A program made the position numbers and the translations under genes. DNA of 64,000 nt from Myxococcota bacterium. Lineage in GTDB: Bacteria > Myxococcota_A > UBA9160 > UBA4427. The stretch spans positions 640,001 through 704,000 of the forward strand of contig OZ252299.1 of NCBI GenBank assembly GCA_965250285.1. Reading direction: 5' to 3'. A model generated the notes under the pieces. The model was given only the letters and a program-made list of their open reading frames with translations. It was not told where the DNA came from and made no database searches. Shown here piece after piece: positions 22,603 through 32,915 of this stretch; the stretch's first letter is position 1, and each line of letters starts with the position of its first letter.

Positions 22603-23091
22603 TCAATCGGAGAACAGGTTGTCGATATCGTCGTCGGTGATCTCGGCGAACGGACTGCCGCTCGCCGCCGCCTCTGCGTCGGCGTTCTTCTTGATCTCCT
22701 CGAAGATCTTGGCAAGCTCGGCGCCCGCCTTCTTGACGCGCAGTCTCACGAGTCCGAGCGAGCTGCGCTCGTCGAAGACCACGACCAGGATCATGCGCTG
22801 ACCGACCAGGGTGATGTGCAGGTTGTCGTGCATGCCCTGGTGGAAGTGCGTGGGGAACTCTTCCTCGCCGACGATCTTGGCGAGGCCGCCGGTGGCAGCG
22901 ATGCAGCCGGCCGTCAGCGAGGCGAGGCTCGTGCTGTCGACGCCCTGCAGCTCGCCGGCCTCGCCGATCAGCTGCCCGGCCTTGTCCACCACGAAGACGC
23001 CCTTGCTGTTGGCATCACGGGTCAGCTTTTCGATGACGCTCTGGATTCGCTGGAAATCCTCTTCGCGCATCACGAGCTGAGATTCGAGCAT
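22603..23091 (-). CDS. mglB: Roadblock/LC7 GTPase-activating protein MglB
   Basis: SLASLTAG..AATGGLA; SSLGLVRLRV; FAEITDDDIDNLF tail; directly upstream of mglA. Confidence 0.96.
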   Translation of the reverse strand: MLESQLVMREEDFQRIQSVIEKLTRDANSKGVFVVDKAGQLIGEAGELQGVDSTSLASLTAGCIAATGGLAKIVGEEEFPTHFHQGMHDNLHITLVGQRMILVVVFDERSSLGLVRLRVKKAGAELAKIFEEIKKNADAEAAASGSPFAEITDDDIDNLFSD

Positions 23092-23291
23092 CGGCACTCC
23101 GCCCCTATAACTGCCTGCCCTGAAAGGAAAAACCCTTCGGAACCGTACCCCATGCGGACGCTGGGGCAACCAGGTCAGTGAGGGGCACATCGGCGATGCG
23201 CAAAGGCGACTTGAGAGCGGGGGCGCCGGAAACCGTCGACTTGGGTCGGGGGGATCGAGCGAGCTCGCGCGACGGGGGTGGGGAGGTCGGG

Positions 23292-23428
23292 TCGGGTTTT
23301 CGGGGGTGTCGTCCTCAGACTGCGGCGGCCTGGCTTTGCGAGTTCGGGATGGCTCCGTTTGGATTGGGTGTGGGGTGCACCCTTCGAAGGCCGCCTTCGA
23401 CTTGCGGGCGTCACCCCCGAAAACCCGA
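23292..23428. repeat. 17-bp perfect inverted repeat enclosing nested helices (candidate structured RNA or regulatory element)
   Basis: TCGGGTTTTCGGGGGTG (23292-23308) / CACCCCCGAAAACCCGA (23412-23428); inner pair GGCGGCCT / AGGCCGCC. Confidence 0.7.
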
Positions 23429-23561
23429 AGCGTTGGTTTTGGGACGTCGTTTCGCTGACGTCGCCCGCCGAGGTTGCGCGTCGGCGGATTTCTCTTTGCG
23501 TTGGGCGGGGGCGCGTCGCCGTCACTGGCTCGAATTCGCGTGCCAGTGGAATCGGCCCGGA

Positions 23562-24164
23562 TCAGCCGCGGAGGGAGCGGCGGTTCTCGAGAGAGCGGCC
23601 GACGGTGACGTGGTCGGCGTACTCGAGGTCGCCGCCGAGCGGCATGCCGTAGGCGATGCGGCTCACGGCGACGTCGAACGACGAGAGGCGGTCGGCGACG
23701 TAGTGGGCGGTCGCATCGCCCTCGGCGTTGGGATTGGTTGCGAGGATCACCTCGCGCACGTCGCCGCGCTCGACCCGAGCGGCGAGCTCTTCGATGCGGA
23801 GGTTCTCGGGCCCCATGCCGTCGATCGGCGAGAGGGCGCCGCCGAGCACGTGGTACACGCCGTGAAAGCCACCGCTGGCTTCGACGCTGCCGAGGTCGGC
23901 CGGCTCTTCGACGACGCACACCAGGCTTCGGTCGCGGCGGTCGTCCGCGCAGATCGGGCAGGGGTTGCGATCGGCGAGGTTGAAGCACGTGTCGCAGATG
24001 ACGGTGTCGGTCTTGAGTCGGCCGATCGACTCGGACAGCTCGGTCACGACCGAGTCGGGGGCCGAGAGCAAGAAGTAGGCGAGCCGCGCTGCCGACTTCT
24101 CACCGATGCCGGGCAGTCGCTTCAGGCTCTTCACGAGCCTTTCCATGGCCGGGGAGGAGTGCAT
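23562..24164 (-). CDS. recR: Recombination mediator RecR
   Basis: LPGIGEKSA.RL; C4 Zn finger; Toprim EVILATNP..EG; GGDLEYAD. Confidence 0.97.
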   Translation of the reverse strand: MHSSPAMERLVKSLKRLPGIGEKSAARLAYFLLSAPDSVVTELSESIGRLKTDTVICDTCFNLADRNPCPICADDRRDRSLVCVVEEPADLGSVEASGGFHGVYHVLGGALSPIDGMGPENLRIEELAARVERGDVREVILATNPNAEGDATAHYVADRLSSFDVAVSRIAYGMPLGGDLEYADHVTVGRSLENRRSLRG

Positions 24165-24227
24165 GATCTTCTTCGCGCTTCTGGGTTGGGTTGTGGGGTC
24201 GCGTTTGGCTTCGTCGTCAGCGCCGCG

Positions 24228-24568
24228 CTAGCCGCCCGAGCCGGTGAACTGCTTGAGCAGGCCGCCGAGATCGATGCCGCCCTGGGCGCGCTGCATCTCG
24301 GCCTGCACCCCCTCTTGCGCCTTGCGTAGCGCCGCATTCGTCGCGGCGGCCGTCAGGTCTTCGATCATCTCGCGATCCTTGGCGTCGACGAGGGTGGGCT
24401 CGATGTGCACCTCGAGCACGCGCAGGTCGCCGCTCGCGACGACGCGAACCATGCCACCGCCGGCGTCTGCCTCGAAGCGCATCGTCGCGACGCGCTTCTG
24501 GAGCTCGGCCATCTTGGCCTGCAGACCCTGCGCCTGCTTCATCAGGTCGCCGATGTTCGGGGGAGAGC

Positions 24569-24572
<4 letters not shown>
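24228..24572 (-). CDS. ybaB: YbaB/EbfC nucleoid-associated protein
   Basis: LMKQAQ.LQ; AGGGMVRV; D.EMIEDL; GTGA overlap with the dnaX stop. Confidence 0.93.
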
Positions 24573-26512
<1,940 letters not shown>

Positions 26513-26603
26513 GAGGGGGGTCTCTCAGCCGGAAGGGAGGAGCAACTGGGGGCGCTTTGCGACGGGTCGCAAGGCGACATCGCCGGTCACCCGGAGACCG
26601 ACA

Positions 26604-26734
26604 CTGCGCCGAGGGTTGACCGCAGGGCACCCCCGCTCGCAACCGACAACTCGCTACGGCTGCTTCCTTCCGGACCTGACCGGGTTCACGGGCTCCCGCT
26701 TCGAACGGGACCCCACGGTCAGCCCTCGGCGCAG
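26604..26734 (-). ncRNA. ffs: Signal recognition particle RNA (small SRP / 4.5S)
   Basis: Reverse complement contains the domain IV signature GGTCAGGTCCGGAAGGAAGCAGCC; long closing stem; upstream of dnaX. Confidence 0.95.
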
Positions 26735-26796
26735 ACCCGCACGGTACACCGGCGGGGCCGCGGACGCGACCGAGCGCGGGCCCGCGGCGCGCGGGC

Positions 26797-27516
26797 TCAG
26801 GCGTCGGGCAGCTCGGGATCGATCGGCATGCCGGGGATCAGATGGGCCGCACCGAGGGCCTCGAGCACGTGGGGATAGAGACCGGCCTTGAGCGCCGTCA
26901 TTGTTTCGCGGCTCTTGCCCGCATACGGGGCGACGCGGGCGATCGCCTTCTCGATCACCTCGTCCTCGGCGGCCGTCTCCTGCACGATCCCGGCCGCTCG
27001 CGCCTCTTCACCGCCGTAGCGCCGACCCGAGACGATCGCCTCGTGCGCCGACTGCTTCGGCAGCCGGCTCTGGATCACGGCGGTCATGCCCGGATGCAGC
27101 GGCAGGCCGAGGTCGATCTCGGGCAGGCAGAGAAAACCGCGGTCGGCGCGCATGACGCGGTGATCGTGCGCCAGCGCCATCATGAGACCGCCGGCGAAGG
27201 CGTGGCCGTTGATCGCCGCAGCGGTCGGCAGGGGAAACACGAGGTAGCGGGCGAAGAGCCGCAGCACCGAGCCGATGAACCCCGGCTCGGCCTTGCCTTC
27301 GTCGCTGCTCATCCACGCGAGGTCGAGCCCGTTCGAGTAGAACTTGCCCTCGCCTGTGGTGACGAGGGCGGGGCTGCCCTCCATCGCCTCGACCTCGTCG
27401 AGGGCGGCGTTGATCGCGTGGATGGAGTCTCGGTTGAAGCGATTCTCGCCGCCCTGCATGCGCAGCACGACGACGTCGCCGTCGCGTTGGAGGTCGATCT
27501 TCGGGGTGTCGGGCAT
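26797..27516 (-). CDS. Enoyl-CoA hydratase/isomerase (Delta3-Delta2 enoyl-CoA isomerase-like)
   Basis: GKFYSNGLDL; AINGHAFAGG; LPEIDLG. Confidence 0.9.
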   Translation of the reverse strand: MPDTPKIDLQRDGDVVVLRMQGGENRFNRDSIHAINAALDEVEAMEGSPALVTTGEGKFYSNGLDLAWMSSDEGKAEPGFIGSVLRLFARYLVFPLPTAAAINGHAFAGGLMMALAHDHRVMRADRGFLCLPEIDLGLPLHPGMTAVIQSRLPKQSAHEAIVSGRRYGGEEARAAGIVQETAAEDEVIEKAIARVAPYAGKSRETMTALKAGLYPHVLEALGAAHLIPGMPIDPELPDA

Positions 27517-27695
27517 CGCGGCGTCTCCCGGGAGAAGCGGTGGGCGGCTTCGCAGCGTACACGGCCGGGCGCCGCACCGACACCGGGCGACACGCCACGT
27601 CGCTCACCCGCCACAGCGCAGATCGAGCTGCAGGCCGATCAGCCGTTCGCTGAGTTCGTCTTGTTCGCCCCGCCCGGCGGACGCCCGGCCGTGGC

Positions 27696-28292
27696 TCAGG
27701 CCTCGAGCCCCGCAAAGAAGACGCGGACGAAGCCGTGCACGCGTTTCTTGACCGATGCAATGTCGGGCGCTTCGTGCTTCAGGCCGGTGCCGCCCAGGTG
27801 GAGGAGCTCGGCCGCCGCCGGTGCGGTGAGCCCGGCCGACTTGAGGTCGATCTCGCCTTCCTTGGCTGCCGCGCTGAGGGCAGTCGTGAGCATGTGGCGG
27901 AATCGATCCGACGACGCCGTCACCAGATCGCCGCAGAGTCGATTGTTCTCGTCGTAGATCTCGCTGCCGTGCGCCGACTGCGCCACGACCTCGAGAAAGG
28001 GCACCATGCGCTCGAGCAGGGCGGCGGCGACGCGGTCGGGAAGCGCCTCGCCCGCCTCGCTGTCCCCGCTCAAGTGGCGCTCGGCGTCGGTCAGCGATTG
28101 CTCGTGCAGCTTCGCCGAGAGGCTGCGGAAGATCTCTTCCTTGTTGTCGAAATACGAGTAGAGCGAGGCGCGTGACACGCCGGTCTCCTCGGCGATGTCC
28201 TCCATCGACGTGCGGCGGAAGCCGTAGCGGGCGAACTGGACCTGGGCGGCCAGCAGGATCGCGTCGCGCTTTTCGTCGGTCGGATTCGGCAC
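27696..28292 (-). CDS. TetR/AcrR family transcriptional regulator
   Basis: HTH FARYGFRRTSMEDIAEETGVSRASLYSYFDNKEEIF; GTG start adjacent to the operator. Confidence 0.93.
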   Translation of the reverse strand: MPNPTDEKRDAILLAAQVQFARYGFRRTSMEDIAEETGVSRASLYSYFDNKEEIFRSLSAKLHEQSLTDAERHLSGDSEAGEALPDRVAAALLERMVPFLEVVAQSAHGSEIYDENNRLCGDLVTASSDRFRHMLTTALSAAAKEGEIDLKSAGLTAPAAAELLHLGGTGLKHEAPDIASVKKRVHGFVRVFFAGLEA

Positions 28293-28296
28293 ACCG

Positions 28297-28332
28297 ACAG
28301 ATTGACAATCCGGCTTCGGATTGTCAATCTGT
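28297..28332. promoter_or_regulatory. Putative TetR operator overlapping divergent promoters
   Basis: Perfect 16-bp arms ACAGATTGACAATCCG-GCTT-CGGATTGTCAATCTGT, with TTGACA on both strands, between tetR and iorA. Confidence 0.8.
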
Positions 28333-28389
28333 TCGTGTCGTGGCCAGCCGGGTACGCCGCCCGGCCCGCCCGAGAGGGAGGCAATGCGC

Positions 28390-28884
28390 ATGGCGATCCT
28401 GACGATCAACGGCGAGCAGCGCGAGGTCGACATCGACCCGTCGACGCCGCTCCTCTGGGTCCTGCGCGAGCAGCTCGCGCTCACCGGAACGAAGTTCGGC
28501 TGCGGCATGGCCCAATGCGGCGCGTGCACCGTGCGCCTCGATGGCCGCGCGATTCGATCGTGCGTTACGCCGGTGTCGGCGGTCGAGGGGCAGGAGATTC
28601 AGACGATCGAAGGCCTCTCGAGCGAGGACGGCCGGCTGCATGTCCTGCAGCAGGCCTGGATCCAACACCAGGTGCCCCAGTGCGGCTACTGCCAGTCGGG
28701 CCAGCTGATGTCGGCGGCCGCGCTGCTCGAGCGCAACCCGAACCCGACCGACGAAGACATCGACAACGCCATGGACGGCAACATCTGCCGCTGCGGCATG
28801 TACGGACGGATCAAGGCGGCCATCAAGACGGCGGCCGCTTCGGGCGCCGCGCCCGGGACGACCGAGGAGAGCAGCCATGAATAA
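28390..28884 (+). CDS. iorA: (2Fe-2S) subunit of an isoquinoline 1-oxidoreductase-like aldehyde oxidoreductase
   Basis: [39 protein letters not shown]. Confidence 0.9.
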   Translation: MAILTINGEQREVDIDPSTPLLWVLREQLALTGTKFGCGMAQCGACTVRLDGRAIRSCVTPVSAVEGQEIQTIEGLSSEDGRLHVLQQAWIQHQVPQCGYCQSGQLMSAAALLERNPNPTDEDIDNAMDGNICRCGMYGRIKAAIKTAAASGAAPGTTEESSHE

Positions 28885-31135
28885 GTGGACGCGACGGTCG
28901 TTTCTGACCGCGGGCGTACTCGTCGGCGGTGGTCTCGTGGTCGGCGTGGCGATTCGCCCGGGCTCGCGCAGCCGCGAGTTGACACCGCTGGCCGCCCGCG
29001 ACGGTGAGGTGTTCGTGCACTCGTGGGTGAAGCTCGGGCCCGACAACGTCGTGACGGCGATCGTGCCGCACGCCGAGATGGGGCAGGGCGTCGGCACGGC
29101 GCTGAGTCAGATGGTCGCCGACGAGCTCGACGCCGACTGGGATCTCGTGCGCTTCGAAGAGGCTCCGCCGCTCTCCGAGTTCGCCAACTACTCGCTCGGC
29201 CAGGGGATGCTGCTCGCGGGCGTCGACATCCCCGATCTGGTCGTGCCCACGGTCGACGGCGCGCTCATGAAGACGGCCCAGGCCCTCGATCTGCAGATCA
29301 CGGGCGGCAGCCTGAGCGTGCGCACGACGGGCGTGTACGGCATGCGCGTCGCCGGCGCCGCGGTGAAGGAGATGCTGCGGCAGGCCGCGGCCGACGCGTG
29401 GGACGTGCCGGTCGACCAGGTGACCGCGCGCAAGAGTCAGCTGATCCACGAGGCGAGCGGGCGCACCGAGCCCTACGCGACGTTCGCGGCGGCGGCGGCC
29501 GAGATGTCGCCGCCGGCTTCGCCCAAGCTGAAGACCGCTGACGAGTTCGAGATCATCGGCACCCACGTCGAGCGCCACGACATCCCGGGCAAGGTCGATG
29601 GCACGGCGACGTTCGCGCTCGACGTGCAGCTGCCCGACATGCTCTACGCGACGGTGCGGCGCGCGCCCACGTTCGGGGGCACGGTCGAGCGCGTCGACGA
29701 TGGCCGAACGCGATCGATCGACGGGGTCGTCGACGTGATCGAGCTGCCCGCAGGTGGAGCGAGCGGGCTCGTCGGCAGCTTCTCGTCGCCGCCGTCGGTG
29801 GCCGTCGTCGCCGAGGGCTTCTGGCCGGCCAAGCAGGGCATCGAGGCACTCGACATCACGTGGAGCAAGACCGGCAACGAAGGCGTCTCGAGCGCGACGA
29901 TCTTCGAGCAGTTCGCGCGCGACCTCGACGCTTCGGTCGAGCGGGAAGTCGACGTCGCAGAAGGCGATGTCGAGGGTGCGATGGCCGGTGCCGCGCAGGT
30001 GATCGAAGCCGACTACCGGGTCCCGTATCTCGCGCACACCTGCATGGAGCCGATGAACGCGACGGCGACCGTGGCCGATGGGAAGTGCGAGATCTGGGTC
30101 GGCTCGCAGAGCCCGCTGCCGTTCCGGCAGGCCGTCGCCGATGCCCTGGGGTACGACGTCGAGAACGTCACGCTGCACAACTGCTTCATGGGCGGCGGCT
30201 TCGGCCGCAAGGCGCGCGCCGACTACGCGATTCAGGCGGCGCAGCTCTCGGAGAAGGTCGGGCGCCCGGTTCAGCTGATCTGGACCCGTGAAGAGGACGT
30301 CCGTCAGGACTTCTACCGACCCGCCATCCAGAGCCGGTTTCGTGCGGCCCTCGACGAGAACGGCGATCTGCTCGCCTGGGAGAACACGTACGTCGACAAG
30401 CACGAGCCGGTCGAGGCGCCGCTCATCCCGTACCGCGTCGCCGCACGCGACATCGGCCACGTGAGCAGTCCGACCCACGTGCCCTTCGGTGCGTGGCGCA
30501 GCGTCGATCATTCGCAGCACGGCTTCTTCACCGAGTCGTTCTTCGATGAGGTCGCCGTGGCGGCGGGCGAAGACCCGTACGCGTACCGCGCGGCGCGGCT
30601 GGCGGATCATCCGCGCCAGCTCGCCGTGCTTCGCAAGGCGGCCGAAGCCGCCGACTGGGGCACGCCGCTCGGCGAGGGCCGCGGCCGTGGCATCTCGCTG
30701 CAGGAGTCGTTCGGCACGATCGTCGCGCAGGTCGTCGAAGTGACGATCGCCGGCGGCCAACCGCAGGTCGACCGCGTGGTCGCGGCCGTCGACGCGGGCT
30801 TCGCCGTGTCGCCCGACGGGCTGCGGGCTCAGATCGAGTCGGGGATCGTCTACGGCCTGACCGCGGCGTTGCACGGCGAGATCACGATCGAGGACGGGGC
30901 CGTCGCGCAGGGCAACTTCCACGACTACCAGGCGCTGCGCATGTCGGAAGCCCCCGTCATCGAGGTGCACGTCATCAACAGTGGCCACGCCATCGGCGGC
31001 GCGGGGGAGCCCGGCACGCCCGGCATCGCGCCGGCGCTCGCGAACGCAATCCACGACGCCACCGGGGTCCGGATCCGCAGTCTGCCGGTCGGTCCGATCG
31101 ACCTCGACTACCGTTTCGAGCGCGGCGACGCCTAG
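28877..31135 (+). CDS. iorB: Molybdopterin (MCD) subunit, IorB-like, with twin-arginine signal
   Basis: TRRSFL; EMGQG; TGGS; AHTCMEP; GGGFGRK; GGAGEPG. Confidence 0.9.
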   Translation: MNKWTRRSFLTAGVLVGGGLVVGVAIRPGSRSRELTPLAARDGEVFVHSWVKLGPDNVVTAIVPHAEMGQGVGTALSQMVADELDADWDLVRFEEAPPLSEFANYSLGQGMLLAGVDIPDLVVPTVDGALMKTAQALDLQITGGSLSVRTTGVYGMRVAGAAVKEMLRQAAADAWDVPVDQVTARKSQLIHEASGRTEPYATFAAAAAEMSPPASPKLKTADEFEIIGTHVERHDIPGKVDGTATFALDVQLPDMLYATVRRAPTFGGTVERVDDGRTRSIDGVVDVIELPAGGASGLVGSFSSPPSVAVVAEGFWPAKQGIEALDITWSKTGNEGVSSATIFEQFARDLDASVEREVDVAEGDVEGAMAGAAQVIEADYRVPYLAHTCMEPMNATATVADGKCEIWVGSQSPLPFRQAVADALGYDVENVTLHNCFMGGGFGRKARADYAIQAAQLSEKVGRPVQLIWTREEDVRQDFYRPAIQSRFRAALDENGDLLAWENTYVDKHEPVEAPLIPYRVAARDIGHVSSPTHVPFGAWRSVDHSQHGFFTESFFDEVAVAAGEDPYAYRAARLADHPRQLAVLRKAAEAADWGTPLGEGRGRGISLQESFGTIVAQVVEVTIAGGQPQVDRVVAAVDAGFAVSPDGLRAQIESGIVYGLTAALHGEITIEDGAVAQGNFHDYQALRMSEAPVIEVHVINSGHAIGGAGEPGTPGIAPALANAIHDATGVRIRSLPVGPIDLDYRFERGDA

Positions 31136-31204
31136 TCGAGCGCGGCCATGCGGGGTCGCATGCGGCGGGCGAGCGTTGCATCGCGGCAGGAAGGGGGTGA
31201 CCCC

Positions 31205-32281
31205 ATGAGAGAGATCCGAGAGATCCTGCGCGCGGCCCGGGCGCTCGCGCCGCACGAGCCGGCTGCGCTCGCGAGCATCGTCGATGCCGAAGGCTCGACG
31301 TACCGCGGCGTCGGCGCGCGCATGTGGGTGCACTCGGACGGCACCGTGATCGGCATGCTGAGCGGTGGCTGTCTCGAGGCCGACATCATCGATCGGGCGC
31401 GTCGTGTCGCCGAGCGCGGCGCCCCCGAGCTCGTGCGCTACGACACCACCGAAGATCACGATGCGTTGCTCGGCACCGGCCTCGGCTGTCGCGGCATCGT
31501 CGACATCCTGATCGAGCCGATCTCGCACGCTGCGCTCGGGCCGATCCCCTGGCTCGAGGCCGCGCGCAGCGCGCGGGCGCCGACTGCGCTGGCCACGTGT
31601 GTGAGCGGCGCGCGTCTGGGCGAACGCCATGGGTTGATGCCCGGTATGCACCGGGCCGAGCCGCCGGCGGGCGCCGATCTCACCGAGGCCCTCGCCGAAG
31701 CCGCTCGCAGCGGCGCGCCGATGCGACGCGAGATCGGCGGGGTCGTCTGGGCGTTCGAGTTGATCGCGTCGCCGCTTCGACTCGTCGTCCTCGGCGCCGG
31801 CCCCGATGCACCGGCGCTCGTGCGCGCAGCGAGCGCACTCGGCTGGGACGTGAGCGTCGCCGATCATCGCGCCGCCGAGCTGCGCCCCGAGCGCTTCCCC
31901 GACGCGCGCGTGCTGCATGCCCGCAGCGACGAGGCGTGCAAACGACTCGACGTCGACGCGTCGACCCATGTCGTCGTCATGACGCACAACCTGAACCAGG
32001 ATCGCGTGCTGCTGCGGGCGCTCTTCGAGACCGAGGCGCCCTACATCGGGCTGCTCGGCTCGCGCCGACGTACGCGCGAGCTGCTCGCCGGGCTCGTCGC
32101 CGATGGGCTGGCGCTCACCGAGGAGCGGCTTGCTCGACTCTTCAGCCCGGCCGGCCTCGATCTCGGCGGCGAGGGGCCCGATGCGATCGCGCTGTCGATC
32201 GTGGCCGAGATCCTCGCGCGCTCCGAAGGCCGCATCGAACCCCGGCGCCCGCGTCTCGAGATCGACGAGCCGAACCCCTGA
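31205..32281 (+). CDS. xdhC: XdhC/CoxI molybdoenzyme maturation factor
   Basis: GSTYR; SGGCLE; GLGC.G; MTHN; YIGLLGS; PAGLDLG. Confidence 0.9.
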   Translation: MREIREILRAARALAPHEPAALASIVDAEGSTYRGVGARMWVHSDGTVIGMLSGGCLEADIIDRARRVAERGAPELVRYDTTEDHDALLGTGLGCRGIVDILIEPISHAALGPIPWLEAARSARAPTALATCVSGARLGERHGLMPGMHRAEPPAGADLTEALAEAARSGAPMRREIGGVVWAFELIASPLRLVVLGAGPDAPALVRAASALGWDVSVADHRAAELRPERFPDARVLHARSDEACKRLDVDASTHVVVMTHNLNQDRVLLRALFETEAPYIGLLGSRRRTRELLAGLVADGLALTEERLARLFSPAGLDLGGEGPDAIALSIVAEILARSEGRIEPRRPRLEIDEPNP

Positions 32282-32283
32282 CC

Positions 32284-32856
32284 ATGGTCTGGGATGCGGT
32301 GCTGCTCGCCGCCGGCGAGTCGAGGCGCCTCGGACGTCCCAAGCAGCTGCTCGAATGGCGGGGCGTCCCGCTCGTGCGCCGCGCGGCCGAGGCCGCCATC
32401 GAAGCGGGTGCGCGCCGGATCGTCGTCGTCGTCGGAGCGGTCGCCGATCGTGTCCGCGAAGCGCTCGCGGGGCTCGACGTCGAGATCGTCGACAACCCGC
32501 AATGGCATGCGGGGATCGGCAGCTCGATCGCGGCAGGCGTGGCCGCCTGCACGCGGGACGCGCCCGTCGTCATGCTGCTCAGCGATCAGCCGGATGTCGA
32601 CGCGACGTTGCTCGGCGAGCTCGTCGGCGCTGCAGCCGAAGGGGCACACACCGTGGCGTGTCGATACGGGGGGTCGCTGGGGGTGCCTGCGCTCTTCTCG
32701 CGGCAAGCCGACCTCGAAGCGCTGCAGTCACTCGCCGGTGACCGGGGCGCCAAGGCACTCCTCCAGCAGGCGGGCGTGGTCGCGATCGAGAACGACGCGC
32801 CCGTTCACGACATCGACGTCGAGGCCGACTGGGTGCGCTGGACCGCCGAGCGCTAG
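32284..32856 (+). CDS. mocA: Molybdenum cofactor cytidylyltransferase MocA-like
   Basis: LAAGESRRLGRPKQLL; DQP; GDRGA; DIDV. Confidence 0.85.
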   Translation: MVWDAVLLAAGESRRLGRPKQLLEWRGVPLVRRAAEAAIEAGARRIVVVVGAVADRVREALAGLDVEIVDNPQWHAGIGSSIAAGVAACTRDAPVVMLLSDQPDVDATLLGELVGAAAEGAHTVACRYGGSLGVPALFSRQADLEALQSLAGDRGAKALLQQAGVVAIENDAPVHDIDVEADWVRWTAER

Positions 32857-32915
32857 GCGCCGATCGGGTCCCGGGTCGACGTCATGCGGCTGCGATCGGC
32901 TCGACGTCGGGCCCC

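Noticed and set aside
23311..23365. CAAAC...CGCAAAGCC resembling a c-di-GMP-I riboswitch
   Set aside because: The GNRA-capped stem and GGGAC context are missing; left to the cmscan test under the mglBA finding
23523..23548. CTGGCACGCGAATTCG (minus strand) as a sigma-54 promoter for mglBA
   Set aside because: The -12 element reads TTCG rather than TTGC, and the sequence is better explained as a CACTGGC/GCCAGTG hairpin just after the recR stop
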